From Gemmatimonadales bacterium (GTDB lineage Bacteria; Gemmatimonadota; Gemmatimonadetes; Gemmatimonadales; GWC2-71-9): a stretch of 38,605 nucleotides of DNA. Shown here one piece after another: positions 16,514 to 24,462 of this stretch. Made by a program: the position numbers and the translations under genes. The stretch lies in the NCBI GenBank assembly GCA_035635835.1, contig DASQAH010000011.1, positions 1 through 38,605 of the forward strand, read 5' to 3'. The notes under the pieces were generated by a model. It saw only the letters and a program-made list of their open reading frames with translations. It was not told the origin of the DNA and ran no database searches. How positions within the stretch are numbered: position 1 is the first letter of the stretch; the number at the start of each line of letters is the position of its first letter.

Positions 16514-17767
16514 GTGGACATCGCTGAACTGAAGAGGAAGTCCGTCGCGGAACTGCACGCGATGGCCGAGAGCCTGAACATCACCAACTACAGTGGGCTC
16601 CGCAAGCAGGACCTCATCTTCCGCATCGAACAGTCTCTCCTTGACACCGACACCGTGCTGCGCGGGGAGGGCGTGCTCGAAATCCTTCCCGAGGGCTACG
16701 GCTTCCTGCGCAGTCCGGACTGGAATTACCTGTACGGGCCCGACGACATCTATGTCTCGCCCAGTCAGATCAAGCGCTTCGACTTGCGCACCGGCGACAC
16801 CATCATGGGCCAGGTGCGACCACCGAAAGAAGGGGAGCGCTATCTCGCGCTGCTGAAGGTCGAAGTCGTCAACGGGGACGAGCCCGAGAAGGCCAAGCAT
16901 CGGGTCGCGTTCGACAACCTGCGCCCGCGCTATCCTGAGCAGCGCATCCGGCTCGAACGCAAGGATGGTGACCTATCGATGCGCGTGATGGACATCTTGT
17001 GTCCCATCGGCAAGGGACAGCGCGGTCTGATCGTGTCGCCGCCCAAAGCCGGCAAGACGATCCTGATGCAGAAGCTCGCCAACTCCATTATCGAGAACCA
17101 CCCCGAGGTCTACCTCATTGTGTTGCTCATCGACGAGCGACCCGAAGAGGTCACCGATATGGAGGAGAACGTCAAAGGGGCCGAGGTGATCTCCTCCACG
17201 TTTGACGAACCCGCCGACCGCCACGTGCAGGTTGCCGACATGGTGATCGAGAAGGCCAAGCGGATGGTGGAGCACGGCAAGGACGTCGTGATCCTGCTCG
17301 ATTCGATCACGCGGCTGGGCCGGGCGCACAACGTGGTGGTGCCGCATTCGGGCAAAATCCTCTCCGGCGGTGTGGATGCCAACGCCTTGCAGAAGCCCAA
17401 GCGCTTCTTCGGCGCCGCGCGCAACATCGAAGGGGGTGGCTCGCTCACGATCATCGCCACCGCGTTGATCGACACCGGCTCGCGCATGGACGAGGTCATC
17501 TTCGAGGAGTTCAAGGGTACGGGCAACATGGAGGTGATCCTCGACCGTCGCATCGCCGACCGGCGCGTCTACCCCGCGATCGACGTGCAGCGCTCATCGA
17601 CGCGCAAGGAAGAGCTGCTGCTCGCCAAGGAAGAACTCAACAAGATCTACCTGCTGCGCAACTTCCTCGCCGATATGCCACCGGTCGAGGCGATCGAATT
17701 CCTCCTGGAGCGGATGAAGCGGACCAAGGTGAACCTGGAGTTCTTCGCGACCATGTCCCAAGGGTGA
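16514..17767 (+). CDS. rho: Transcription termination factor Rho
   Basis: The in-frame GTG at 16514 gives 417 aa starting (M)[22 protein letters not shown]. It has the N-terminal RNA-binding domain ([15 protein letters not shown]...[16 protein letters not shown]), Walker [16 protein letters not shown] and the RecA-like core. The track ORF from 16244 is an upstream run-on overlapping the M50 gene. Confidence 0.95.
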   Translation: MDIAELKRKSVAELHAMAESLNITNYSGLRKQDLIFRIEQSLLDTDTVLRGEGVLEILPEGYGFLRSPDWNYLYGPDDIYVSPSQIKRFDLRTGDTIMGQVRPPKEGERYLALLKVEVVNGDEPEKAKHRVAFDNLRPRYPEQRIRLERKDGDLSMRVMDILCPIGKGQRGLIVSPPKAGKTILMQKLANSIIENHPEVYLIVLLIDERPEEVTDMEENVKGAEVISSTFDEPADRHVQVADMVIEKAKRMVEHGKDVVILLDSITRLGRAHNVVVPHSGKILSGGVDANALQKPKRFFGAARNIEGGGSLTIIATALIDTGSRMDEVIFEEFKGTGNMEVILDRRIADRRVYPAIDVQRSSTRKEELLLAKEELNKIYLLRNFLADMPPVEAIEFLLERMKRTKVNLEFFATMSQG

Positions 17768-17863
17768 GGCGTCGGACCGTCTGACTGACGGACCTTGACT
17801 GCTCCCGACCAATCGCCTTCCCGGCCGACCGCTCGAGCATCCGACCGTCCGAGGGCGGGTCGG

Positions 17864-18283
17864 TTGCTGGGTGTGGACTGGGGCGAGCGGCGCATCGGGG
17901 TGGCGTTGAGCGATGAGTCCCAGATCCTAGCCCAACCGCTCGCGACCCTCACCCGACGTGCCGGGAAGCGGTTCCCCATGTCCCAGTTGCTCGCCTATCT
18001 GGACGCCCGGCGGGTGGTTGGCGTGGTAGTCGGGCTGCCGCTCGACGAGCATGGCGCTGAAGGGGAAGCCGCCCTTGCCGCCCGGGCGCTTGCCGAAGAC
18101 ATCGCTCGACGCTCGGGACGACCCGTCGAGCTGTGGGACGAACGCATGACCACGGCGCGCGTGCGGCAGGCCATCCACGAGATGGGCGGCAAGATCCGTG
18201 GGCGCGCGGCCGACGTCGACGCCCTCGCCGCCACGCTGCTGCTGCAGCACTATCTGGATGCCAAGCGGGGCTCCGCGGTATGA
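17864..18283 (+). CDS. ruvX: Holliday-junction resolvase-like nuclease RuvX/YqgF
   Basis: (M)LGVDWGERRIGVALSD...VVGLPL...DERMTTA matches the YqgF family. The TTG at 17864, with GAGGG 8 nt upstream, gives the canonical 139 aa. The track start at TTG 17795 would add 23 Pro/Arg-rich residues. Confidence 0.85.
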   Translation: MLGVDWGERRIGVALSDESQILAQPLATLTRRAGKRFPMSQLLAYLDARRVVGVVVGLPLDEHGAEGEAALAARALAEDIARRSGRPVELWDERMTTARVRQAIHEMGGKIRGRAADVDALAATLLLQHYLDAKRGSAV

Positions 18284-19353
18284 CACCGATTCCGGATCGC
18301 GGATTGGCCGTTGTCGATTCCCAGGTCGGGCGCCCAATCCGTCTTCTGAAATCCGCAATCCGCAGTCTCGCCGTAGGCCTCCTGATCTCGTGCGGCGGCG
18401 GTGGGCCGCTCGCTGGGGACGCGGACACTGTGGTCGTGACCATCCCCCGCGGCGCGACGCTCGAGGCCGCGATCGATTCCCTCGCCGCACGCAATGTCAT
18501 CCGCTCGCCCTGGCTGTTCGGCGCCTACGCCCGGGTGCGCGGGCTGGGTAGCGGACTGAAGAGCGGCGTATACGGCTTCCGCACCGGTGAGCGCTGGGCG
18601 GAGGTCGTCGACGCGCTGCGCAGGGGACGCGGCGCGCTCGCGCGCTTCACCCTCCCAGAGGGCTTGATGCTCACGGAGGTCGCCGACCACGCGCGGATCC
18701 AACTCGGCGTGCCGCGCGACTCCCTGCTAGCCGCGGCTCGCGACCCGGCGCTCCTGGCCAAGCTAGGGCTCGGGCCCGGCGCGACGTCGGCGGAAGGATT
18801 CCTCTATCCCACCACCTACCTCGTGCGCGTTCATCCCACCGCTCGGGAGGTGGTACGAATGATGACCGACCGCTTCCTCGCGTACTGGAGCCCGGAGTGG
18901 CAAGCGCGACTCGACTCGCTGGGCTGGTCCCGCGCGCAACTGGTGACGCTGGCTTCGATCATTGAGGCCGAAGTGCGCTACGCGCCAGATCGCGAGTACG
19001 TCTCCGCGGTGTATCGCAACCGCCTGAAACGCGGCATGAAACTCGATGCCGACCCAACGGTGATCTACGCCTACGGCCGCCGCCTGAAGCGCGTCTACGA
19101 CAAGAACCTGCGCATCCGCTCTCCCTACAACACTTATCTGCACGCGGGGCTGCCGCCGGGCCCGATCGGCCAGCCGGACACCGCCAGCGTGCGGGCGGCG
19201 CTCTACCCCGCCCAAGTGCCGTTCCTGTACTTCGTCGCGCAGCCGGACGGCAAGCACATCTTTTCGGTCACGTTCGCCGAGCACCAGGCGGCGATCCGGG
19301 CGGTGCACCGAATGCGGACCGCAGCGCGCGCGCTGCGGCCTCGGGGTCACTAG
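18280..19353 (+). CDS. mltG: Endolytic murein transglycosylase MltG (YceG-like)
   Basis: The ATG at 18280 overlaps the ruvX TGA (ATGA). YceG motifs are present: VTIPRGATL, EGFLYPTTY, ASIIEAEVR, VYRNRLKRGMKLDADPTVIYA, SPYNTYLHAGLPPGPIGQP. Confidence 0.9.
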   Translation: MTPIPDRGLAVVDSQVGRPIRLLKSAIRSLAVGLLISCGGGGPLAGDADTVVVTIPRGATLEAAIDSLAARNVIRSPWLFGAYARVRGLGSGLKSGVYGFRTGERWAEVVDALRRGRGALARFTLPEGLMLTEVADHARIQLGVPRDSLLAAARDPALLAKLGLGPGATSAEGFLYPTTYLVRVHPTAREVVRMMTDRFLAYWSPEWQARLDSLGWSRAQLVTLASIIEAEVRYAPDREYVSAVYRNRLKRGMKLDADPTVIYAYGRRLKRVYDKNLRIRSPYNTYLHAGLPPGPIGQPDTASVRAALYPAQVPFLYFVAQPDGKHIFSVTFAEHQAAIRAVHRMRTAARALRPRGH

Positions 19354-19927
19354 CGCCGAGCACCGCTCCGATCACTGCGATGCCGGCGGCGCCGGCCCGT
19401 GCCAGCGCCCCGGCAGTGGTCGCGGTGATGCCGCCGATCGCGATGACCGGGACGCCCGTCGGCGCACGGCGCGCCACGGTGGCAAAGCCCAGGTCCCCCA
19501 GGGGCGTACCTGCGTCGGGCTTGTTAGCCGTCCGATAGCACGGCCCGACACTCCAGTAGTCGGCCGGCCACGCCTGCACGCGGTCCGCCTCGGCAAGGGA
19601 TCCGACCGACACCCCCAGGACGAATCCTGCGGGGACGTGGGGGCGCAGCACGTCGAGCGGGGGGTCGTTCTGACCGAGGTGGGCCCCGGCGGCGCCGGCG
19701 GCGAGCGCTACATCGACGCGGTCGTTGACGAGCACAGGCACGGAGAGCGCCCCGACCAGCGCTCGCACTATGAGGACGATTTCGCTGGAGGGCGCCCCTT
19801 TGTAACGCACCTGGATCGCCGTGGCGCCACCGGCGACCGCGCGGCGGCACACGTCCACGACGTCGCGCCCCTTGAGAAGCGGGGCGTCCGTGAGCACCAT
19901 CAACCGCAAGTCGTCAGTGAGGCCCAT
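19268..19927 (-). CDS. thiE: Thiamine-phosphate synthase
   Basis: The internal ATG at 19925-19927 gives MGLTDDLRLMVLTD...GGATAIQVRYK...VLVNDRVDVALAAGAAGAHLGQND...VGPCYRTANKPD...PVIAIGGIT...GIAVIGAV, collinear with ThiE. The upstream part of the track ORF (to 20200) is antisense to aroH. Confidence 0.85.
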   Translation of the reverse strand: MGLTDDLRLMVLTDAPLLKGRDVVDVCRRAVAGGATAIQVRYKGAPSSEIVLIVRALVGALSVPVLVNDRVDVALAAGAAGAHLGQNDPPLDVLRPHVPAGFVLGVSVGSLAEADRVQAWPADYWSVGPCYRTANKPDAGTPLGDLGFATVARRAPTGVPVIAIGGITATTAGALARAGAAGIAVIGAVLGASDPEAAARALRSAFGAPPGSPPGARRT

Positions 19928-20294
19928 GAGCAAGATCCTGCGCGGATTGCGGGGCGCGACCACCGCAACCGCCAACACGAGCGAAGCGATTCTGGACGCG
20001 ACGGCCGAACTGCTGCGCGCGCTGCAGACGGCCAACGGCTTCCGGCCCGAGGAGGTCGAGAGCGCCATCTTCACTTCCTCCCCCGATCTCACCGCCGAGT
20101 ACCCGGCGCGCGCGGCGCGCTTGCTCGGCTGGAGCGGAGTCCCCCTGCTGGGGGCGAGCGAGGTCGCCGTGCCTCCCCCCGGCGGCTTGCCGCGCTGCAT
20201 CCGCGTGCTGCTGCACTTCTACACGACCCATCCGCCGGGCGGGCTGAAACATATGTATCTGCGCGAGGCGGCCAAGCTGCGGCCGGACCGCTAG
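19926..20294 (+). CDS. aroH: AroH-type monofunctional chorismate mutase
   Basis: The ATG at 19926 gives MSKILRGLRGATTA...AIFTSSPDLTAEYPARAARLLGWSGVPLLGASEVAVPPPGGLPRCIRVLLHFYT...HMYLREAAKLRPD, collinear with Bacillus AroH as I remember it. 122 aa. Confidence 0.85.
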   Translation: MSKILRGLRGATTATANTSEAILDATAELLRALQTANGFRPEEVESAIFTSSPDLTAEYPARAARLLGWSGVPLLGASEVAVPPPGGLPRCIRVLLHFYTTHPPGGLKHMYLREAAKLRPDR

Positions 20295-20335
20295 TGTCGG
20301 ACGGTCTGAGAGTCGGACCATCGGACCGCGTCCCG

Positions 20336-21493
20336 GTGAGCGTAACCGCCAAAGGGGCCGCACGGTGGCGCGCCGGCCACCCGTGGATCTACCGGAGCGA
20401 TGTCGCCGAGGAACCGAAGGGAGAGCCGGGTATCGTCCCGGTGACCGACCGCCGGGGCAAGTTTCTGGGCCAGGCGCTGTATTCGCCCAAATCCGAGATC
20501 CGGCTGCGCCTGCTTTCGACCAAGAGCGAGCCGATCGACGCGGCCTGGTGGCGGTCTCGCATCGCCGCGGCCGCCGCCCGCCGCGAAGGGATTCCGGCAA
20601 CTGCGTGGCGCGTGGTGCACGCCGAGGGCGACGGGCTGCCGTCCTTGATCGTGGACCGTTACGGCTCCTCCGTCGTCGCCCAACTCTTGTCGGCCGGGCT
20701 GGAGTCCGTCCGCGACGACGTCGTGGCCGCCCTAGTCGAGGCGCTGCGACCCCATCCCGAGGGCATCCTGCTACGCCACGACGCGACGATCCGCCGCCAC
20801 GAAGGCCTGGCTCTCGAGGTGGTCACCGCGTTCGGCACCGTGCCGGAAACCGTCGAGGTGAGCGAGCACGGCGTGCGCTACCTCGCCGCGCCACACGGTG
20901 GACAGAAGACCGGCGCGTTCCTCGACCAGCGCGAGAACCGTGCCCTGGTCGGCGCGCACACACGGCCCGGCGGCCGCGCCCTCGACCTGTTTACCTACCA
21001 CGGCTCCTTCGCCCTGCATCTGGCGCGTCGGGCCCGAGAGGTCACGGCAGTGGACGGGAGCGCCGATGCCCTGGCGCGGGGCCAGGACAACGCGGCGCTC
21101 AACGGCCTGGCTAACATCGTGTGGCGGGAGGCGAACGCCTTTGACCTGTTGCGCGAGCTGGAACGGGAGGGTGAAGCCTACGACACCATTGTCCTCGACC
21201 CGCCGGCCTTCGCGAAGACCAAGGACAACGTCCCGCGCGCCCTCGCAGCCTACAAGGAGATCAACCTGCGAGCGATGCGGCTCCTCACCCCGGGCGGCAT
21301 CCTATTCACCTGCTCCTGCTCCTACCACGTCCACCGACACCTATTCGCCGCGATGCTGGCCGACGCGGCCCGCGACAGCGGCCGCAGCCTGCAGGCCCTT
21401 GCCTGGGTCGGTGCCGCTCGAGACCACCCCGAACTGTTGAACGTGCCGGAGACGGGATACCTGAAGGGAGCGCTCTTGCAAGCCATTGACTGA
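20336..21493 (+). CDS. RlmI-like SAM-dependent rRNA (cytosine-C5) methyltransferase (PUA + MTase)
   Basis: The GTG at 20336 gives (M)SVTAKGAARWRAGHPWIYRSDV, which matches the RlmI N-terminus pattern. It has GDGLPSLIVDRYG, a Rossmann motif ALDLFTYHGSFAL and DPPAFAK. The track ORF from 19637 is an upstream run-on. Confidence 0.85.
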   Translation: MSVTAKGAARWRAGHPWIYRSDVAEEPKGEPGIVPVTDRRGKFLGQALYSPKSEIRLRLLSTKSEPIDAAWWRSRIAAAAARREGIPATAWRVVHAEGDGLPSLIVDRYGSSVVAQLLSAGLESVRDDVVAALVEALRPHPEGILLRHDATIRRHEGLALEVVTAFGTVPETVEVSEHGVRYLAAPHGGQKTGAFLDQRENRALVGAHTRPGGRALDLFTYHGSFALHLARRAREVTAVDGSADALARGQDNAALNGLANIVWREANAFDLLRELEREGEAYDTIVLDPPAFAKTKDNVPRALAAYKEINLRAMRLLTPGGILFTCSCSYHVHRHLFAAMLADAARDSGRSLQALAWVGAARDHPELLNVPETGYLKGALLQAID

Positions 21494-21520
21494 ACGGGCC
21501 GCCTTTACAAGGTTGCTTCC

Positions 21521-22411
21521 ATGGCGCCCTCAACGTCCCCGAGTCCGGATCGGGCAGCACGCGTACGCCGAGTCCTGGTCGTCATTCTGGTCGCCAACCT
21601 GGCGGTCCTCGGGGTCCGGTTGCTGATCGGCATCATTTCCGGATCCATGGCCATCCTGGGCGGCGCACTCGACGCCGCCGTCGACACCCTGAACAATGTC
21701 CTGGCGCTGACCGTCGTCCGCGTCGCCTCCAAGGAGCCGGACGAGGAGCACCCCTACGGCCATGGCAAGTTCGAGACGCTGGGGGCGCTCGCCATCGTGG
21801 GGTTCCTTTCCATCACCTGCTTCGAGTTGGTGCGCGGCAGCGTGAACCAGCTGTTCGCCGGTCCCCCTTCCCCCCCGCGGGGAGGCCCGGTGACCGACCT
21901 GCAGCTGGCAGTGCTGGCCGGCACACTCGGCGTCAACGGCCTCGTCGCCTGGACCGAGCGTCGCGCCGGCACCGCGCTGGGCAGCGAGCTGCTGCTTGTC
22001 GACGCCGCGCACACACGTGCCGACTTCCTCATCACCGTCGGCGTGCTCGGCGGCGTGCTGTTCGCCCGGCAGGGAGTCTGGTGGGTGGATCCGGCGGTCG
22101 CCATCGGCGTGGCCGTCGCGATCATCCGCATCGCCTACCGGATCGTCGTCCGCACGGTGCCGGTGCTGGTCGACCAGCAAGCCGTCCCCACGAGCAGCAT
22201 TCAGGAGACCGCACGAGCGGTGGCCGGCGTGAAGAGTGCCTACGGCATCCGCTCGCGCGGCCCGATCGACCTGCGCTATGCCGAAGTCACCATCGCCGTG
22301 GACCGCAACGCCAATGTCGAGGCGGCACACGTGATCGCTGACCAGGTGGAAGAGCGACTCAAGCGCGACCTGCAACTGCACGAAGTCACGGTGCACATCG
22401 AGCCGTGTTGA
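21521..22411 (+). CDS. Cation diffusion facilitator (CDF) family metal efflux transporter
   Basis: 296 aa with six TM helices and CDF signatures: SGSMAILGGALDAAVDTLNN, HPYGHGKFETLGAL, DAAHTRADFL. The C-terminal cytoplasmic domain ends HEVTVHIEP. Confidence 0.9.
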   Translation: MAPSTSPSPDRAARVRRVLVVILVANLAVLGVRLLIGIISGSMAILGGALDAAVDTLNNVLALTVVRVASKEPDEEHPYGHGKFETLGALAIVGFLSITCFELVRGSVNQLFAGPPSPPRGGPVTDLQLAVLAGTLGVNGLVAWTERRAGTALGSELLLVDAAHTRADFLITVGVLGGVLFARQGVWWVDPAVAIGVAVAIIRIAYRIVVRTVPVLVDQQAVPTSSIQETARAVAGVKSAYGIRSRGPIDLRYAEVTIAVDRNANVEAAHVIADQVEERLKRDLQLHEVTVHIEPC

Positions 22412-23301
22412 CGACGCTGCCGCAGGAGGATCGCCCCTCTCCCCGTCCCCATGACGGCCCTCCGACCCGCCGGGCGCCCCGCTCTCTCCGACAGGAATAC
22501 CAGGAGTTCATCCTGCAGCGGATCGAGGAGTACAAGGACACTCTGCCCCGCGAGGAGCTACTGGAGATCGGGGATGAGGCGGTGCGAGAGCTCGAAGCGA
22601 GCGCCCAGGATCAGTACCTACTCACCGAAGTCCTCCTGCTCGAGCATGTGGATCGCATCATCGCGCGACGGCTGCGCCTGCCGGCGTTCGGCCGCTGGCG
22701 CCAGAAGCACCGCCGGCTGCGCGAGGCGCAGCGCCAGCCGACCCACTGGGGACTCGACCCCGACAGCTCGATGGCCCGACTCGCGCCACTGCTCGAGCCT
22801 GGCGATCTCGCAGTCGTGGTCGGGGCCGCGGCGTTGCCGGTTGCGCTTTTCCTCGCCGCCCACGACGCTCAAGTCTTGCTGCTCGACCAGGACCTCGGCG
22901 CCGTAGAGAGCGCGGAGAGCCGCGCGGTGAGCGAGCAGCTCGCCGGCCGGTTTCAGGCGCTCGTGATCCAATTTGGCACCTGGGTGCCAGACCTTCTGTC
23001 CACGCTCGTCGTGCTCGACCCCGTCGCGCTCGCGCCGGCCCGCCTCCGGGACCGACGCGCACTGATCGCCGACCTGCAGGGGCGCACCCGTCCCGGCGGG
23101 CTGCACGTCATCCTTCCCACGGGTGGCCCGGGGAACCTCCAGCGCGAGGTCATACCGCTGGCCGCCGAATCACTCCGGTCCGCGTACCGCGGGTGGGAAT
23201 TCGAGCCACAGAAGCGCGCCAAGCGGGGTGGCGGGGGTGGCGGATTCACGGCGACGAAGCCAGCGCGTCACGCAGACACGCGGGCGAACGTGTCAGACTG
23301 A
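22405..23301 (+). CDS. Hypothetical protein with a degenerate Rossmann/methyltransferase-like core and Gly-rich basic tail
   Basis: 298 aa. The GTG start overlaps the CDF gene by 7 nt. The segment DLAVVVGAAALPVALFLAAHDAQVLLLDQD resembles MTase motif I without the GxGxG glycines. GC3 is high. No family recognised. Confidence 0.55.
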   Translation: MLTTLPQEDRPSPRPHDGPPTRRAPRSLRQEYQEFILQRIEEYKDTLPREELLEIGDEAVRELEASAQDQYLLTEVLLLEHVDRIIARRLRLPAFGRWRQKHRRLREAQRQPTHWGLDPDSSMARLAPLLEPGDLAVVVGAAALPVALFLAAHDAQVLLLDQDLGAVESAESRAVSEQLAGRFQALVIQFGTWVPDLLSTLVVLDPVALAPARLRDRRALIADLQGRTRPGGLHVILPTGGPGNLQREVIPLAAESLRSAYRGWEFEPQKRAKRGGGGGGFTATKPARHADTRANVSD

Positions 23302-23340
23302 ACACTGCAGACATCCCCATCACGCGGCGTCTTCCCTAAT

Positions 23341-23411
23341 CCGTTATCCCTCAAGGTGTTGGCCGGTTAGGAGGTGTGGCAGGAGCCTTGCTTAGGAGTG
23401 AGGGATAACGG
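23341..23411. repeat. Perfect 13-bp inverted repeat CCGTTATCCCTCA / TGAGGGATAACGG separated by 45 nt, in a low-GC intergenic island
   Basis: Read directly. The left arm is 23341-23353 and the right arm 23399-23411. The loop contains two copies of TTAGGAG (23367-23373 and 23392-23398), and flanking CTTCC/GGAAG (23331-23335 / 23416-23420) could extend the stem. Confidence 0.8.
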
Positions 23412-23427
23412 AACTCGGAAGATCGCC

Positions 23428-23595
23428 ATGACCAGTCTGCCGCTCATACTCGACCACGAACCTCTGGGGATCATCCTGCGCGCCGGCCAGCAGGCGCTGC
23501 GGCCCGCGAAGATCTGGGCGTATGTCTGGTGCGCCGACGGAGACGAGGACGATCATCCGCATCAGCATCTGCCGATTGATCGGAATCTGGGCTGA
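23428..23595 (+). CDS. Candidate small ORF (55 aa), unknown function
   Basis: The ATG at 23428 gives MTSLPLILDHEPLGIILRAGQQALRPAKIWAYVWCADGDEDDHPHQHLPIDRNLG. GC3 is about 76% by hand count, below that of neighbouring genes. The antisense frame (23392-23622) scores equally. The ORF is followed by a terminator-like hairpin. Coding status is uncertain. Confidence 0.3.
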   Translation: MTSLPLILDHEPLGIILRAGQQALRPAKIWAYVWCADGDEDDHPHQHLPIDRNLG

Positions 23596-23626
23596 GCCGT
23601 CCTGCTGAGAGTCCGTGAACACGCGC

Positions 23627-23660
23627 GGGGCCGACTTGATGTCGGCCCCGTTGGCTTTCT
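23627..23660 (+). terminator. Intrinsic-terminator-like hairpin GGGGCCGAC-TTGAT-GTCGGCCCC followed by GTTGGCTTTCT
   Basis: A 9-bp perfect GC-rich stem (23627-23635 / 23641-23649) with a 5-nt loop and a T-rich tail on the + strand only. It lies between convergent transcription units. Confidence 0.55.
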
Positions 23661-23692
23661 AGCTCGGCGCTCCAGTCACGGCGCGACGGCTC

Positions 23693-24400
23693 TCACGGTC
23701 GTCGTTCGACCACCTCGAACTCCGTTGTGACCGAGTAGTCGGGGACGCCGCACAGCGAGGCTCGCGCCGTGTAGCGCCCGGGGGTTGGCGCGGCGACCTC
23801 CGGAATGGGGGCGAGATATCGCACCGCGCTCGCCATCTGTACCTCGACGCGATCCATCGGCTTGGGAGGTCGCCACGCGTCTCGCCACTGCGCATCGCCG
23901 CTGCCGGCGTGGCTCACCGCAAGGCAGAGGATGTCGGTCGAGGAGAACAGAAACACTAGCCGCGTGTCGCCCTTGTTCCGGACCGTGTAGTAGGCCGCGG
24001 CCATGACGCCGGTCGGATGGCCGGCGCTGTCCCGCCAGACGATGCGGTTCGGGACGACAGCGAGCGTGACGGTCGCATGCTGTGTGTAACTCGGATCGAC
24101 CTCCTTGCGCGCCTCTCCAGGCGGCCGCACTTCCCGCAACCGAGGGGAGTCCAGCGTCGCGGGCAGAAGCAGGCGACCCACCGCCTCCATGTACCGGTTC
24201 ATGTACCACGACCACTGCTTCAAGTCCCCAGGCAGGGTCAGGGCATTCACGGGTCCCGTTTTGGTGGTGAGCGGAAAGGCGAGCCTGAGCTGCGGCTTCG
24301 CGGAATCGCCGGAGCCGCTCGCCACCACGAAACCAGTGAATCGCACCGAGGTGTCGGAGACCTGGAGCGAAAGCAGCACCGCCAGCATCGCGTTGAGCAC
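23693..24400 (-). CDS. Hypothetical protein (possibly exported)
   Basis: 235-aa ORF with high GC3, a GTG start and a short hydrophobic N-terminus MLNAMLAVLLSLQ. No family recognised. Confidence 0.6.
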   Translation of the reverse strand: MLNAMLAVLLSLQVSDTSVRFTGFVVASGSGDSAKPQLRLAFPLTTKTGPVNALTLPGDLKQWSWYMNRYMEAVGRLLLPATLDSPRLREVRPPGEARKEVDPSYTQHATVTLAVVPNRIVWRDSAGHPTGVMAAAYYTVRNKGDTRLVFLFSSTDILCLAVSHAGSGDAQWRDAWRPPKPMDRVEVQMASAVRYLAPIPEVAAPTPGRYTARASLCGVPDYSVTTEFEVVERRP

Positions 24401-24462
24401 GACTGGAACCTGCCTGTCCGGCCGCCCTTTGCAAGCCTCGCGGGACGGGGTACTTATTCTTC

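Noticed and set aside
19268-19353. 86-nt convergent overlap of the mltG and thiE 3' ends (also 36 nt at 13784-13819 and 17 nt at 33306-33322)
   Set aside because: The overlapping tails are non-conserved, Ala/Arg/Pro-rich extensions. These are most simply explained by late stop codons in high-GC DNA rather than by a functional antisense arrangement. This is noted but not promoted to a finding.
19928-20100. Expected TPP riboswitch upstream of thiE
   Set aside because: I scanned the minus-strand upstream region by eye for the conserved CUGAGA and ACCUGAUCUGGAUAAUGCCAGCG-like elements and found none. The region is occupied by aroH coding sequence.
21494-21520. NiCo (czcD-type) riboswitch before the CDF transporter
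   Set aside because: The gap before the CDF start is only 27 nt, too short for the riboswitch. The structured element at 23331-23420 lies downstream of the transporter and did not resemble the czcD motif as I remember it.
23392-23622. 76-aa minus-strand ORF in the intergenic island
   Set aside because: Its start lies 4 nt after the terminator hairpin, leaving no room for a promoter or RBS. Its stop falls inside the inverted repeat. Its codon bias is no better than the overlapping + strand ORF. I kept it only as an alternative under the island finding.
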